From Glaucostegus cemiculus (Eukaryota): a stretch of 64,000 nucleotides of DNA. Each line of letters starts with the position of its first letter. The first letter of the stretch is position 1. Shown here piece after piece: positions 24,372 through 35,612 of the stretch. The notes below the pieces were generated by a model. The model saw nothing but the letters and a program-made list of their open reading frames with translations. It had not been told where the DNA came from and did no database searches. The translations under genes and the position numbers were made by a program. The stretch lies in contig CDPCPM010000022.1 in assembly GCA_976551045.1 (NCBI GenBank), positions 4,836,001 to 4,900,000 of the forward strand, in the 5' to 3' direction.

Positions 24372-25906
24372 ATTACACTTGGGAGGAAGGAAGCAGAGGG
24401 TGATGGTCGAAGGTTGTTTCTCAGAATGGAGGCCAGTGACTAGTGGTGTTCCACAGGAATCGGTATTGGGACCCTTGTTATTTGTTACTTATGTAAATGA
24501 TATGGATACAAAAGCACAAGGAGCAAGCAGCAAGTTTGCGGATGACACAAAATTAGGAGGCGTTGATTGTGAAGAAGGTTATCGTAGATTACAGGTGGAT
24601 CTTGATCCGTTAGGGAAATGGGTTGAGGAGTGGCAAATGGATTTCAATACAGATAAGTGTGAGGTGATGCATTTTGGAAAGTCAGACCAGCATAGGACTT
24701 GTAGTTCACTAGGGTGCGTAATGGAACAGCGGGACTAGGAGTACAAGTGCATAGTTTCTTGAAAGTGGCATCACAGGTAGACAGGGTAGTGAAAAAGAAT
24801 TTAACATGCTTGTCTTCATCAGCCAGGGCATTGAGTATAGGAGTTGGGACATTGTGTTTCAGTTCTACAAGTCATTGGTGAAACTGCATGTGGAGTACTG
24901 GGTACAATATTGGTCATCCTGTTATAGGAAAGGTGTGGTTAAACTGGAAAGAGTGGGGGGGGGGAATATTATGAGAATGTTGCCTGGACTTGAGGCCTGA
25001 CTTATAGGTAGAGGTTGGTCAGGCTAGATCTTTATTCTTTGGAACATAAGAGAATGAGGGGCAACCTTATAGAAGTGTTTAAAATTGAGGCATGGATAAG
25101 GTGGATGGTAACAGTCTTTTCCCTAGGGTAGGGTGAGTCCAAAACTAGGAGGCATAGATTTGGTGATAGGGGAAAGATTTAAAAGGGACCTGAGGGGCAA
25201 CTTTTTCACACAGAGGGTGGTGAGTACATGGAATGAGCAGCCATAGTAGAAGTGGTTGAGGCAGGTATAATAGTATCATTTAGAAGCACTTGGATGGAGG
25301 TAAATACAAGAAACTGCAGAGACCTGTGGACGCAGCCTAGCACATCACAGAAACCAGGCTACCCTCCTCGGACTCTGTCTTTACCTCTCACTGCCTTGGC
25401 GAAGCAGCCAACATAATCAAAGATCCCACCCACCCGGGTCATTCTCTCTTCACTCCTTTCCTATTGGGTAGAAGATACAGGTGTCTGAGGGCACGTACCA
25501 TCAAGCTTAAGGACAGTTTCTACCCACTGTGATAAGACTATTGAATGGTTCCCTTATACGATGAGATGAACTCTGATCTCACAATCTACCTTGTTGTGAC
25601 CTTGCACCTTATTGCACTTTCTCTGTAGCTGTGACACTTTACTCTATACAGTTGTTGTTTTTACCTGTACTACCTCAATGTAACTGCACTGTGTAATGAA
25701 TTGACCTGTATGATCGGTATGCAACACAAGCTTTTTACTGTACCTCTGTACAAGTGACAATAGTAAACCAATAGTGATACCAAGAGGGGCGAGGCTTAGA
25801 GGGACATGGGCCAAACACAGGAAATTGGGACTAATTGGGTGGGCACGGTGGTCAACATTGACTCATTGGGCTGAAGAGCCTGTGTCCGTGTGTATTGCTC
25901 TATGAC
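24372..25906 (+). mobile_element. CR1 LINE (RT core to 3' end), interrupted near the 3' end
   Basis: ORF 24361-24738 has VTSGVPQESVLGPLLF...KFADDTKLGG. The 3' tail resumes at ~25785. Confidence 0.93.
25305..25783 (+). mobile_element. Rex1/Babar-type LINE 3' end nested in CR1
   Basis: 'caagaaactgcagaga...aacataatcaaagatcccacccacccgg...aaggacagtttctaccc' is homologous to 43730-44200. Confidence 0.85.
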
Positions 25907-27709
25907 ACTTAGTTATTAAAGGTGCAATCACATTCATATACTCTGAGGTTTTTCTGTACCTGTGGCCACTGCTGTATGAACATCTCTTGTGGACAAGACT
26001 GAGCTTAGCTATTCCATCCATGATGATTTAAACTTAGAGAATAGCCTCCAGTGTGAGGTCCTGAAGGATATGTGGTCCTGTGGATTTGCACCCCTGCCAG
26101 AAGTCCATGCCTTCATGACTGAGTTAGAGAAGTAAAAGTGGAAAAAAATGCAATGTATACAATTAGAATGTTCATTTCTAGATGAGAACATTCCCAAAGG
26201 TCTGCAGAAGGTCTGAGCAAGGTAATTATGCAAAAAAAAATCTACATTGTTGTGGCTTGCTTGTCAGAGATAATTACAGCATTTTATGTTTGCTTGTAGT
26301 CATGTCTTGCCCGTGGAGGTGCAGAGCAAACTATTTTGAGAAAGTACTTCATGTTGCCATGGATATTAGTTATGGTTCAATTGCATTACACAACACCCAC
26401 AAAAGTTACCAGTGGTGTCATATAAATGCAACATTACTACAGTCTCTTTCACACCACAGACTATATCTCAGTGGATGAGTTATACGACCCAGAAAAGACA
26501 GCTGCTCTGCCACCTACGGCACAGAGCTCAGAGACTCTCAGCTGTCAAAAGATATTCAGCTGTTACTAGATGCATAACATTGTTTTCATAGCATAGGATC
26601 AGACTGAAGAGCACCAATTCCACCCATAGTTGTAACATTTGATTGCAAATCCAGAGATGGAATATCTTCCTTGCAATCCTCTTCACAAGCAGTTATGCCC
26701 TATACAATAGCCAATCATTAAATTTTGGTCCCTTACATAAAAATATACATTTGAAAAATATAGTCTATAGGATGGAAAGATAATAGCTTAGTAATTCCAA
26801 GGTGTGCTGTACTAAAATTGTACTGTGCAGAGGACCCATGTCAGTTTCTTCTGCAGTAGCAGGGGAGTGTTTACCTCACCTATACAATGTACAATGAGTC
26901 AAGTATTGCTATTCACGAGGCCTTTGCACAGTATCTGTAAAAAATGCATGAGAATCAAACTTAAAATTCTTACTGTCTAGAACAATTCCTTTAAAGTGGT
27001 AGCAACAACAAGGGCTGCCACTTCAATGTGTGCAACTAGTTTGGTTCAGCCTTTCCTTTGTTTGGAGGGTAGCAGATGGAGATGAGATGCCATACATTTG
27101 TTGACAGATGACTAGATAAAGACTAAAGCAGTTGTTGCTCTCTCCAAAGCTCTAAACCAATGAAAGTATAAGTCCTAACATAGTCTAATGCAGAAGACTT
27201 CAGAGGTGGCTTCAGTAGTTGGCTTCATGATTTATGCCTTATTCCTGTTCAGATACGTTTTGCTAGATAAAGGCAACATAATTTCTCAAATCTGTATGTA
27301 CATTAAGTGTTCCAGCAGCGCATTAAAATTAATGTTGCATGCTGGTTGATGCTATTGCTGTATGGTGAGTGGTTTCTGTATGTAGCTTGTTACATATATG
27401 GGGAGTAACTAAGTGATGGGCAAGCAAATGTGCTGATTGCATTTTGTGATTATGTTTAAGAATCTGATCCGTAGCAAGCCTTGTTTTTGCAAAAAAAAAG
27501 TACAACTTAATTAAGTCTCTCATTTCTGTAAATAAAGTCATAAGAAATGTATACTAGAACATTACATGCAAAAAATCCCTTTATCTGTTTAAAATTTCTA
27601 TGGATTATAGTTGGTATTCTGTTAGTTGGCTGGCTCCTATATTTTTTCAACATTAACTGCAGGTATACTACTTATTCAACTCTTGTACAAAACTAAAATC
27701 AACAGGTAG

Positions 27710-28153
27710 ATCATGGCTCTTGGACTGTACTCACTGGCGTACAGAAGAATGAGAGGGGACCTCATAGAAACATTTAGAATGTTGGAAGGACTGGACAAAG
27801 TAGATGTGACTAAGTTGTTTCCCCTGGTGGGTGAGTCCAAGACCAGAGGGCACAGTGTTAGAATTAGAGGGTACTGGTTTAAAACAGAGATGAGGAGAAA
27901 TTTCTTTAGCCAGAGGGTAGTGAATTTATGGAATTCTTTGCCACGTACAGCACTGATCATTGGAGGCATTTAAGGAGGAGATGGATCGGTATCTAATTAG
28001 TCAAGGTATCAAGGGATATGGGGATGAGGCCAGAAATTGGAGCTAGAAAGGAATAGTGTTTTTTCCCTATTTTTCTTTCTTTTTCTTTAGCTCATGGAGC
28101 AGACTTGAAGAGCCGAATGGCCTACTTCTGCTCCCCTGTTTGTAATCTTGTGA
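27710..28153 (+). mobile_element. CR1 LINE 3' end
   Basis: ORF 27713-27973 RRMRGDLIETF...FFSQRVVNLWNSLP, then tail 'ggcctacttctgctcc'. Confidence 0.92.
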
Positions 28154-29232
28154 ACTCCGTTTGCCACTTCTCAGCTCAGCTTTGCATCCTATAAATGTCC
28201 TCTTATAACCCTCAACAATCTTCTACACTATCTACAACAACACCAACCTTTGTGTCATCTGCAAACTTATTATCCAACCCTTCCACTTCTTCATCCAAGT
28301 TATTTATAAAAATCACAAAGTGTAGGGGGTCCCAGAATGGATCCCTGCAAAATACCACTGGTCACCGTCCTCCAGGCAGAATACGATCCATCCATGACCA
28401 CCCTCTGCCTTCTATGGGCAAGGCAATTACAAATACACACAGCCAAGTTTCCCTGGATCTCATGCCTCCCAACCTTCTGAATAAGTCTATCATGGGGAAC
28501 CTTATTAAATGCCTTACTAAAGTCCATGTACACCATATCCACTGCTCTACCTTCATCAATGTACTTTGTCACATCCTCAAAGAATTCAATTATGCTTATG
28601 AGGTACGATCTGCCTCTCATAAAGTCATGCTGACTATCCCTAATTAGACTATGCTTCACCAAATGTTCATAAATCCTGTCCCTAAGAATCTTTTCCAATA
28701 ATTTGCCCACCACTGAAGTAAGACTCACTGGTCTATAATTCCCAGGATTATCAATACTCCATTTCTTGAACAAAGGAATAACATTTGCAATCCTCCAATC
28801 ATCAGGTACTACTCCTATGGCCAGTGAGGATACAAAGATCATCACCAAGGGCTCAGAAATCTCTTCCCTCACTTTGCGTAGTATCCTGAGATATATCCTG
28901 TCTGGCCCCTGGGACTTATCTATCTGAATGTTTTTCAAAAGTTCCAGCACATCATCATCCTCAACATTGATATGTTCTAGTTTATCAACCTGTTTTTTTG
29001 CCGTCCTCGCAAATGTCAACGTCTCTCTCACAGGTGAAAATATGTTTCTTCCTCTGTCCCTAATCAGTCCTACCTTCACCCTGGTCCTCCTGTTCTTCAC
29101 ATATGAGAAGAACACCTTTGGGTTTTCCTTAATCCTACTCAATAAGGACTCCTCATGCTCCCTTCTTGCTCTCCTAAGTCCATTCTTAAGCTCCTTCCTG
29201 GCTACCTTGCAATGCTCTAGAGCTCTGTCTCT
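28154..29232 (-). mobile_element. CR1 LINE internal ORF2 fragment (RT N-terminal half), 3'-truncated
   Basis: ORF 28300-29142 has NYRPVSLTSVVGKLLE and VYMDFSKAFNKVPH. FADDTK follows in another frame. Confidence 0.93.
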
Positions 29233-29399
29233 TGCACATGTATTTTCACAGTTGACCCAACAACAAAGTAAGCTGATATTCAGTGGAACTCAGAAAAATG
29301 AGAGAAGATTTCAATATTCTGAGGGTTAGATATAAACACGATTTCTGCTGGTAGGAAAGTTTAGATCTGGATCTTGGCACAAAGGATCATGTATTTAAA

Positions 29400-29640
29400 A
29401 TACCTTCTTGAGCTGCAGCAATCCTTTCACAATGCTTTTGGGCAATGAGTTGCAGTATGTATATTGTCGGTCCTTCATTATCACTAGTCTATTTCCAAGT
29501 AAGGGTGGTGATCTGCAAATGGTGCTGTTCCCATGTGCATGCTGCCCTTGTCCTTCTTGGCTGCAGAGGTCATAGATATGAAAAAGTGCTGTTGGAAAAG
29601 CCTTGATGAATTATTGCAGTAGATACATTGATACACAAGT
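29400..29640 (-). mobile_element. CR1/L2-group LINE 3' fragment (same family as 56990-57595)
   Basis: 'ccttcttgagctgcagcaatcc...tatttccaagt...ggtgctgttccca' is reverse-complement similar to 57340-57510. Confidence 0.55.
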
Positions 29641-29744
29641 GGACAACTTTGTTAAACTGCTTCACTTTGAAGAATTCTTGATGTGAGTTTAAGCACGTTG
29701 TGTCCAGTGGTTTGATTTCCCGTTGTGAGGCAGCAGGCAGTGGA

Positions 29745-29960
29745 AGTCATTCAGCTGTGGAGGCTGAATCATTAAGTGCATTCATGGCTAAGGTAGATTG
29801 ATTCTTAGACTTTGAAGGGATCACTGGTATGGGGATTGAGAATGAGAAGAAGGAGCTTAAGGCCAAGATAAGACCCACAGCCATATTAAAGGGAGACTTG
29901 GAGGGGGGGGGGGGGGGGGCGGGGGTAGCCATTTGCCCTACACGGCTCTTTCTTGTGTTC
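29745..29960 (+). mobile_element. CR1 3' end fragment
   Basis: 'gctgtggaggctgaatcattaagtgcattcatggctaaggtagattgattctt'. Confidence 0.65.
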
Positions 29961-30430
29961 TGGCTTCCTCACCTTTTAGGAAAACTGTGGCACAAAATAG
30001 AAGACCATTGTGATTTATTAAAGGCTTGACTTATTAAACTTGTTCTGCTAGCTTACAAGACTGATTGCATTTCCATTGCTTATCTGAATTTTAAAAATTA
30101 ACTGGAGCAAAAACTGCCTGCATTGAGGAATAATTTCTGATTCCAAATAACCTCAACATCAACTTGCTCATTTAAAATCCCTCTTTTCATTATTCTATCA
30201 GAACATTTGCTTAAAGCAGATTAATGCTTCTGGTGGAAATGATAAAGGAATTTCAGACAGATGCACTGCTGTCTCTACCCCATGGCATCATTTCAGGAAC
30301 AATAAATCATCAATCTTTTTTATTATTTGCCATAGTAAGTTTAAGGTGAGTTCATCTAGTAGCTGGCTAATGTATACATGACAATTCAATGGCTCTTTTT
30401 ATTGTTTTGTTTGTTCTTGAGAGGTAAGGA

Positions 30431-30683
30431 CTACAGTTTAGAGTTCTTCTGCCACTGGACAGGGAGGGGTGGGGTCAGGTGAGAAAGCCCCTTAAATATT
30501 GTAAATACAGAATTGGGGTAGCACCCCAGGGAGCCACACGGGTGGCATTGGTGCTGTGTTTTCTATATAAAAAGGTAACACTAATGATTGACCCGTACAC
30601 AAATGTAAAGGTTTGCACTGTTTTATTGTTGTATATAGTGTTTTTTTATGATGAATGAAGTTTATATTGGAATTAAAAAAAAA
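30431..30683 (+). mobile_element. L1/Tx1 3' UTR-only copy with poly(A)
   Basis: Homologous along its length to 31694-31942. Confidence 0.9.
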
Positions 30684-30691
30684 CAGATGAA

Positions 30692-31942
30692 GCGGTGTGA
30701 AATGCTCTCAGGGCTGCTATACTTGGCTCAGGTGTGGCCTCTTCCTCGCTCCTCTGGCTTGGGAATCACCCGTGCCATCTTCTGGTTCATTTGGGGATCT
30801 AAGATGGACTGGATCCGATGGGTTGCCATGCACAAGTCCCTGGACAATGGATGGGGGCAAAAGTGTCCCTGGTGTCACCCTTATCCTGATGACCACCTTT
30901 GTGGCTGCATCAGGCTGTGCGTGGAACCAAAGTATGTGGGTACCAAGTGTCACTACATGCCGAGGTTCTACCTGGCCCCAGTGTTGCAAAGGATGGGCCT
31001 GGCCCTGCTGCCATACAACATTTCAGTCAGCTGGACGTTGCCACACTACCTGTCCTTTGTGGAAAAAGTTCTTCCAGACCAACACCTTTGACCGCAAGTG
31101 CATCAGGCAGTGGTTAGCACAGGACATCCTGCACACACTTCAGGAAAAGGACTTGATGGATACTGTGGGGTTCCCTGAGCAGACTGACCAGACCATCTGG
31201 CAGAATGCCTCATCGCCAGAACTCACCAACAAGCACCAAGATCTCGTCTGGCTGGCGGTGAGAGGGGCACTCCCAGTCAGGTCCTTACTGTATGGTAGCA
31301 ACATCAGTCCCAGCACGCTCTGCCCCCGGGAGGACTGCGCTGGGGATGAGATGGTCGCCCGCCTCTTTGCGGGCTGTAGGTTTGTGAGGAGGCTGTGGCG
31401 AAAGATGCAAGGGACCTTGTCATGGTTCATCCCCAGCAGCTGTGTAACGGACGATTCTCCGATTTACAGGCTGTTCCCGGGGCCACATACAGAGACAGAC
31501 ATCAACTGCTGCTGGAAGGTCATCAACTCAATGAAAGATGCCCTTTGGTCTGCCCAAAACTTGTTGGTCTCCCAGCACTGCAAGATGTCTGTGGGGGAAT
31601 GCTGCTGATTGGCACATTCCAGGCTGCAAGAGTACGTGCTGCGGGATGCACTGAAGCTGGGTGCAGCCAATGCAAGGGCTCAGTGGGGAAGATCTACAGT
31701 TTGATTCTTCTGCCACTGGAGAGGGAAGGGCAGGGTCGGGTGAGAAAATCTCTTTAGAACTGTAAACATAGGATTGGGGTAGCACACCAGGAAGCCATAT
31801 GGTGTGGCATTGGTGCTTTTTTTAAAAAAACATAACACTAATAATTGATCCATATAGGAATGTAGAAGTTTGCACTGTTTTATTGTTGTATATGGTTTGT
31901 TTTTTTATGATGAATAAAGTTTATTTTGGAATTTAAAAAAAA
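30692..31942 (+). mobile_element. 5'-truncated L1/Tx1-clade LINE (ORF2 C-terminus, 3' UTR, poly(A))
   Basis: Frameshifted ORFs 30648-31091 and 30697-31608 give DLVWLAVRGALPVR and a decayed zinc knuckle CPREDCAGDEMVARLFAGC. Stop at 31702-31704, then aataaa and poly(A). Confidence 0.88.
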
Positions 31943-32150
31943 CAGATGAACAACTATTTACCACCAGCCTCATGACCTTTCATAAGTGTTTCTTTTGAAG
32001 TGACCACTGTACAAATTTCTCCTTCGAGTAAAAGGCTGATTACCATGTGTTTTCTTTTGCTTTACAATGGCACAGCTGTAATTAGGAAGAAGTGTGAATT
32101 CCTAACCACATTCCATAGGGTATCAGAACCACATCACACTTCCCTTTGGT

Positions 32151-32245
32151 GTGTCAGCTGTGGCTCAATTGGTAGCACTCTCACCGCTCAGTCAGAAGGT
32201 TCCGGCCTCAAGTTCCATTCCAGAGACTTGTACAAAGAATCGGCT
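32151..32245 (+). mobile_element. tRNA-derived SINE head (Deu-SINE-like)
   Basis: A box 'tggctcaattggtagcactc', then 'cagtcagaaggtt...tcaagttccattccagagacttg'. Confidence 0.7.
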
Positions 32246-32799
32246 GTTTTCATGACAGCATGAGTATTTGCATGAAACGTGTGTACTCTGTAAACTGCCT
32301 GATTTGACACCTGCCTGGAAACTTGGTGCTCTCATATACTTCATTTTCATGAGTAAAATTGTCCATATTCCTTATGTTGTCTTCAGCTCATGTTATAACA
32401 ATGTTGTGGAACAGATATTACAGCAACAGCAGATATTAATTAGCATGGTTTAGGAAGAAGAAATATTGAAGACATGTCTGTTTTGTTGTGCCAAATATGT
32501 GGAGAAGTGCTCAAACAGAAATAGTATTTCTTCCTCACTTAAGTTGCAAAGCCAGTTTGGAACTCTCAAAATAACTCTATTCTTGGACTTTATACCATTT
32601 TACTAGCCACACCGATCACAAAAAAAAATTTGAATATATTTATGATGATGCAAAATATTGCCCAGAGAAGGAAATAAAAATGCAAAAGGAACAGATTCCC
32701 CAGGAAAAGAAACTAATATAAAAGCAAAACAGTGTAGGCACTGGGGAATCTGAAATGAAAATAGAAAATGCCTGACAACACAAGTGTTAACTCTGTTTC

Positions 32800-33470
32800 T
32801 TTCTTCACAAAGGTTGCTGAGTATTTTAAACATTTTTTGGTTTCCGAAACAAAATGTGACAAAATATCTTTGAGTCACACGGAGGAGTGGCTGAGTCCAC
32901 TGGGCAGAACAAAGTTTTATGGGGGTTCTGGATTTAGAGCAGGTGGAATAGATCATGGAACCAACCAGCAAATCAACTCTCTTGGAACTTTTCTTGTGCA
33001 CTGGCAACTTTTTCACCAACAGTGCATAAATTGGGGTTACTGAGAAAACTATGTAGGGGCTCGAGCCAATCCTGAGAGTTACCATTGTGAATGTGGCAAG
33101 TCACTATTGCAGGAACTGGTACCAGAATTACCAGTTTCAGATGACTTGTCGATGACTTGTTTCTACTATTGAGGATGGAACTGATGATGCACGATTCTGT
33201 AAAGTTTAGCTGGTCCAATGGTAGAACATTTATTGAAACAAACAGCAGGATATGCCTCTAGCTGCGAAGTACCAGAATTTAACCAGGAAAGCCAACCCTC
33301 TTCAATTATCACTGAGCACCGACTATTAACATTGACCAGGATATTAATTGAATCAGCTTTATTAACATTGTGGATGCAACAGTAAGGTATAGAGTGGGAA
33401 TTTTTCAATGGGTGGCTTCCCATGGCTGAATCTCCAAAATGCACAAATGCAGTTAAGGACATTTTATCAG
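32800..33470 (-). pseudogene. Ancient Penelope-like RT/GIY-YIG coding relic
   Basis: Across three frames, in order: AMGSHPL; VNS..IIEEGWLSWLN; FHP; IISSILN; HNGN; PYI; MIYSTC...QPLLRV. Confidence 0.5.
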
Positions 33471-35469
33471 ATTTTTAAGAAGGGTTTTACCACTTTGTCA
33501 TTGAAAGTAATCAAACCATACTATTTGATCTGTGGTCTTGCCCTGAATTCAAATTAACCCCTGTCTAACATCTAGCATCTTCAACATAAGCTATTTCTAT
33601 GTTTTCCAAGTTTGCCGTCAACTGAATAAAATGTGTGTGTTTTCTGTAATAGGAGCTCTGTCTCCACCAGATTACTGTTCATACAGTGAAAACAAAAATA
33701 AATCTAGTGGCATTTATTGTGGGACTAATAATTCATCTCGGCTATTGTCACTTATAACTCATTTTCTGTTCCATTGGTTTGCTAGGAACTATAAACATTT
33801 GTCGGGCAAGACTGCTGTAATTTAAAAATGTCAGATTTGCCTCATTTGTGTTCATTTAAATTGACTGTTTAAAGTTTTATTTTCAATGCAAATATTGTAA
33901 CTATCTGATAAATATACTAACCCTGCAAATGCAACATTTTATGTTTCATTCCAAGGTCCAGGCAGGACAAAGACCAGAGGAATGAAACTAGGTGCTCTGT
34001 TAAAATGTCAGTTCACGCTTGATGGACTGAATGGCTGCCTCTGCTCAATGATTTTAAGAAAAGTGCATTAGACAACCAAATGGATTTTCAAACGTGGACC
34101 TTTTAAATCTTAAACAGACGGAGGACTGAAAAGAGCTTGGTTTAGCACTTCTTTATTTTGACACTAATTAGAACTCTTTCCTGCACTGAATGACCAAATA
34201 GAAAACAGGATTTGTAGTCAGTTGCTGAGGCAGCCTGCAAAACCAAAATGTTCAATGAAAATCCACTCCTGTATTCCTTGATCATGTTTGCTGTCATCTG
34301 CTCTTGAGACTTCACTTTCTAATTAAGATGCAGGATGACTGGTAACACACTGGGCATCTGAGTGATGGAGTCCTTTTGATTTAGCTGCTGCACAATGTCT
34401 TGCAGTGAAAAGATTACCTGAATGCTGGCAGAGGGAAAGAAAATATCTCGCTGCAGTTCAGTGCACCAGAGATCAAAGCATAGAAAGCATGGAATATCAG
34501 GGAGATAGAACAGCCAGTTTTCTGATCTGAATAAGGAAGCAGTGGAAATGTTGGTGTGCGAGAACTCTGCCTACCCAAAGTGCATCTAGCTGACTCTGAT
34601 TGAATATAGAGGATTTGCATTCAGAGTGAACACTGTCGTTTATTCTTCTCATGATTGGGTCAGTGCACCCAGTGCTGTTGTAGACATTTAAAGATGCCTT
34701 TAGATACAAACTTTTTGTTTTGCTAAATATGATCAGAGATAGGTGAGAAAGTTGCGCTTCCAAAACATTTTGGTGCTGCAGGAAGGGTGCTGTTCAAATA
34801 TAGTGCACAGTAGAATTGTCCTGTTAAACACACCAGAGTCTCTTTCCCTGGAAGAAATCTTTTTATTTGAGCTTGTTGTAATTGGCCAATTACAGAAAAT
34901 ATCTGATGACTAAAGTAAAGTTTCATAAGTAATTGGGCAAAGTCTCCTTGATAAAAAGTGAATCTACATAAGTGCATAATATACATGCCATTTCTGAAAT
35001 AATACAAATATTAAAATATCTACTTAATGATGCATACATGTACTTACATGAGCAGGCCTCATTAAGTGCTTTTTAAGGCATCTATTTCTGTCAAGGATCA
35101 ATACTTTGGTGCTTTTCACATGCTGCCAACTCTCTTCTAACATTTCAAAACTGTCTAATTAATAAGATTGCACTGACATGAAAGAGAAGCATCTATGCAC
35201 AGTATAAAGCCTTTATCTTGAAGTTGACAATAAAACTCATTTCTATAAAGGAAATCCAGTTACTTATTACTTCATACATTTAAAGTTAGGGTTAGCATTG
35301 TTCTTACTTGTATTCTCCATTTGCACTCTATTGGAGGCTGCATTTGGTGACAATGCATTAAGCAGCCAGAGTGAAGGTAATTGGGTAATTCCATTTTCAA
35401 TTAAGCTTTATCCATTTTGCTGTAAGCAACTAAAATTGATTTAATGCATATAGTTAAATGTAGTCATTG

Positions 35470-35612
35470 TATTTCTGGATATCAAAGGAATCAAGGGATA
35501 TAGGATGGGTAAGAAAATGATGTTAACATAGATGAACAGCTCTGGTTTTTATTGAATGGCACAGCAGGCTTGAGGGGCTGAATGGCCTGCTCCTGCTTCA
35601 CTTCTTTTGTTC
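35470..35612 (+). mobile_element. CR1 3' tail
   Basis: 'atcaaaggaatcaagggatat...attgaatggcacagcaggcttgaggggctgaatggcctgctcctgc'. Confidence 0.75.

Noticed and set aside
28300-29142. 280-aa ORF as an active reverse transcriptase
   Set aside because: CR1 fragment with an internal deletion, a frameshift before FADD and no 3' end.
27710-29232. Twin-priming 5' inversion
   Set aside because: The inverted segment lies downstream of the tail, the opposite of the twin-priming geometry.
30697-31608. 303-aa ORF as a host gene
   Set aside because: It is the C-terminus of a frameshifted Tx1/L1 ORF2; the first part of the ORF is out of frame.
32151-32230. tRNA gene
   Set aside because: The A box is present but the B box is decayed and there is no acceptor stem; it continues into SINE sequence.
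32920-33040. + strand LINE endonuclease motif (LEQ...EPT...TLLEL)
   Set aside because: A single motif, against several collinear Penelope motifs on the minus strand.
34410-34800. Minus-strand exon or ORF
   Set aside because: No recognisable host protein. STG..DPI...IFNQS hints at an old LINE, but too weakly to annotate.
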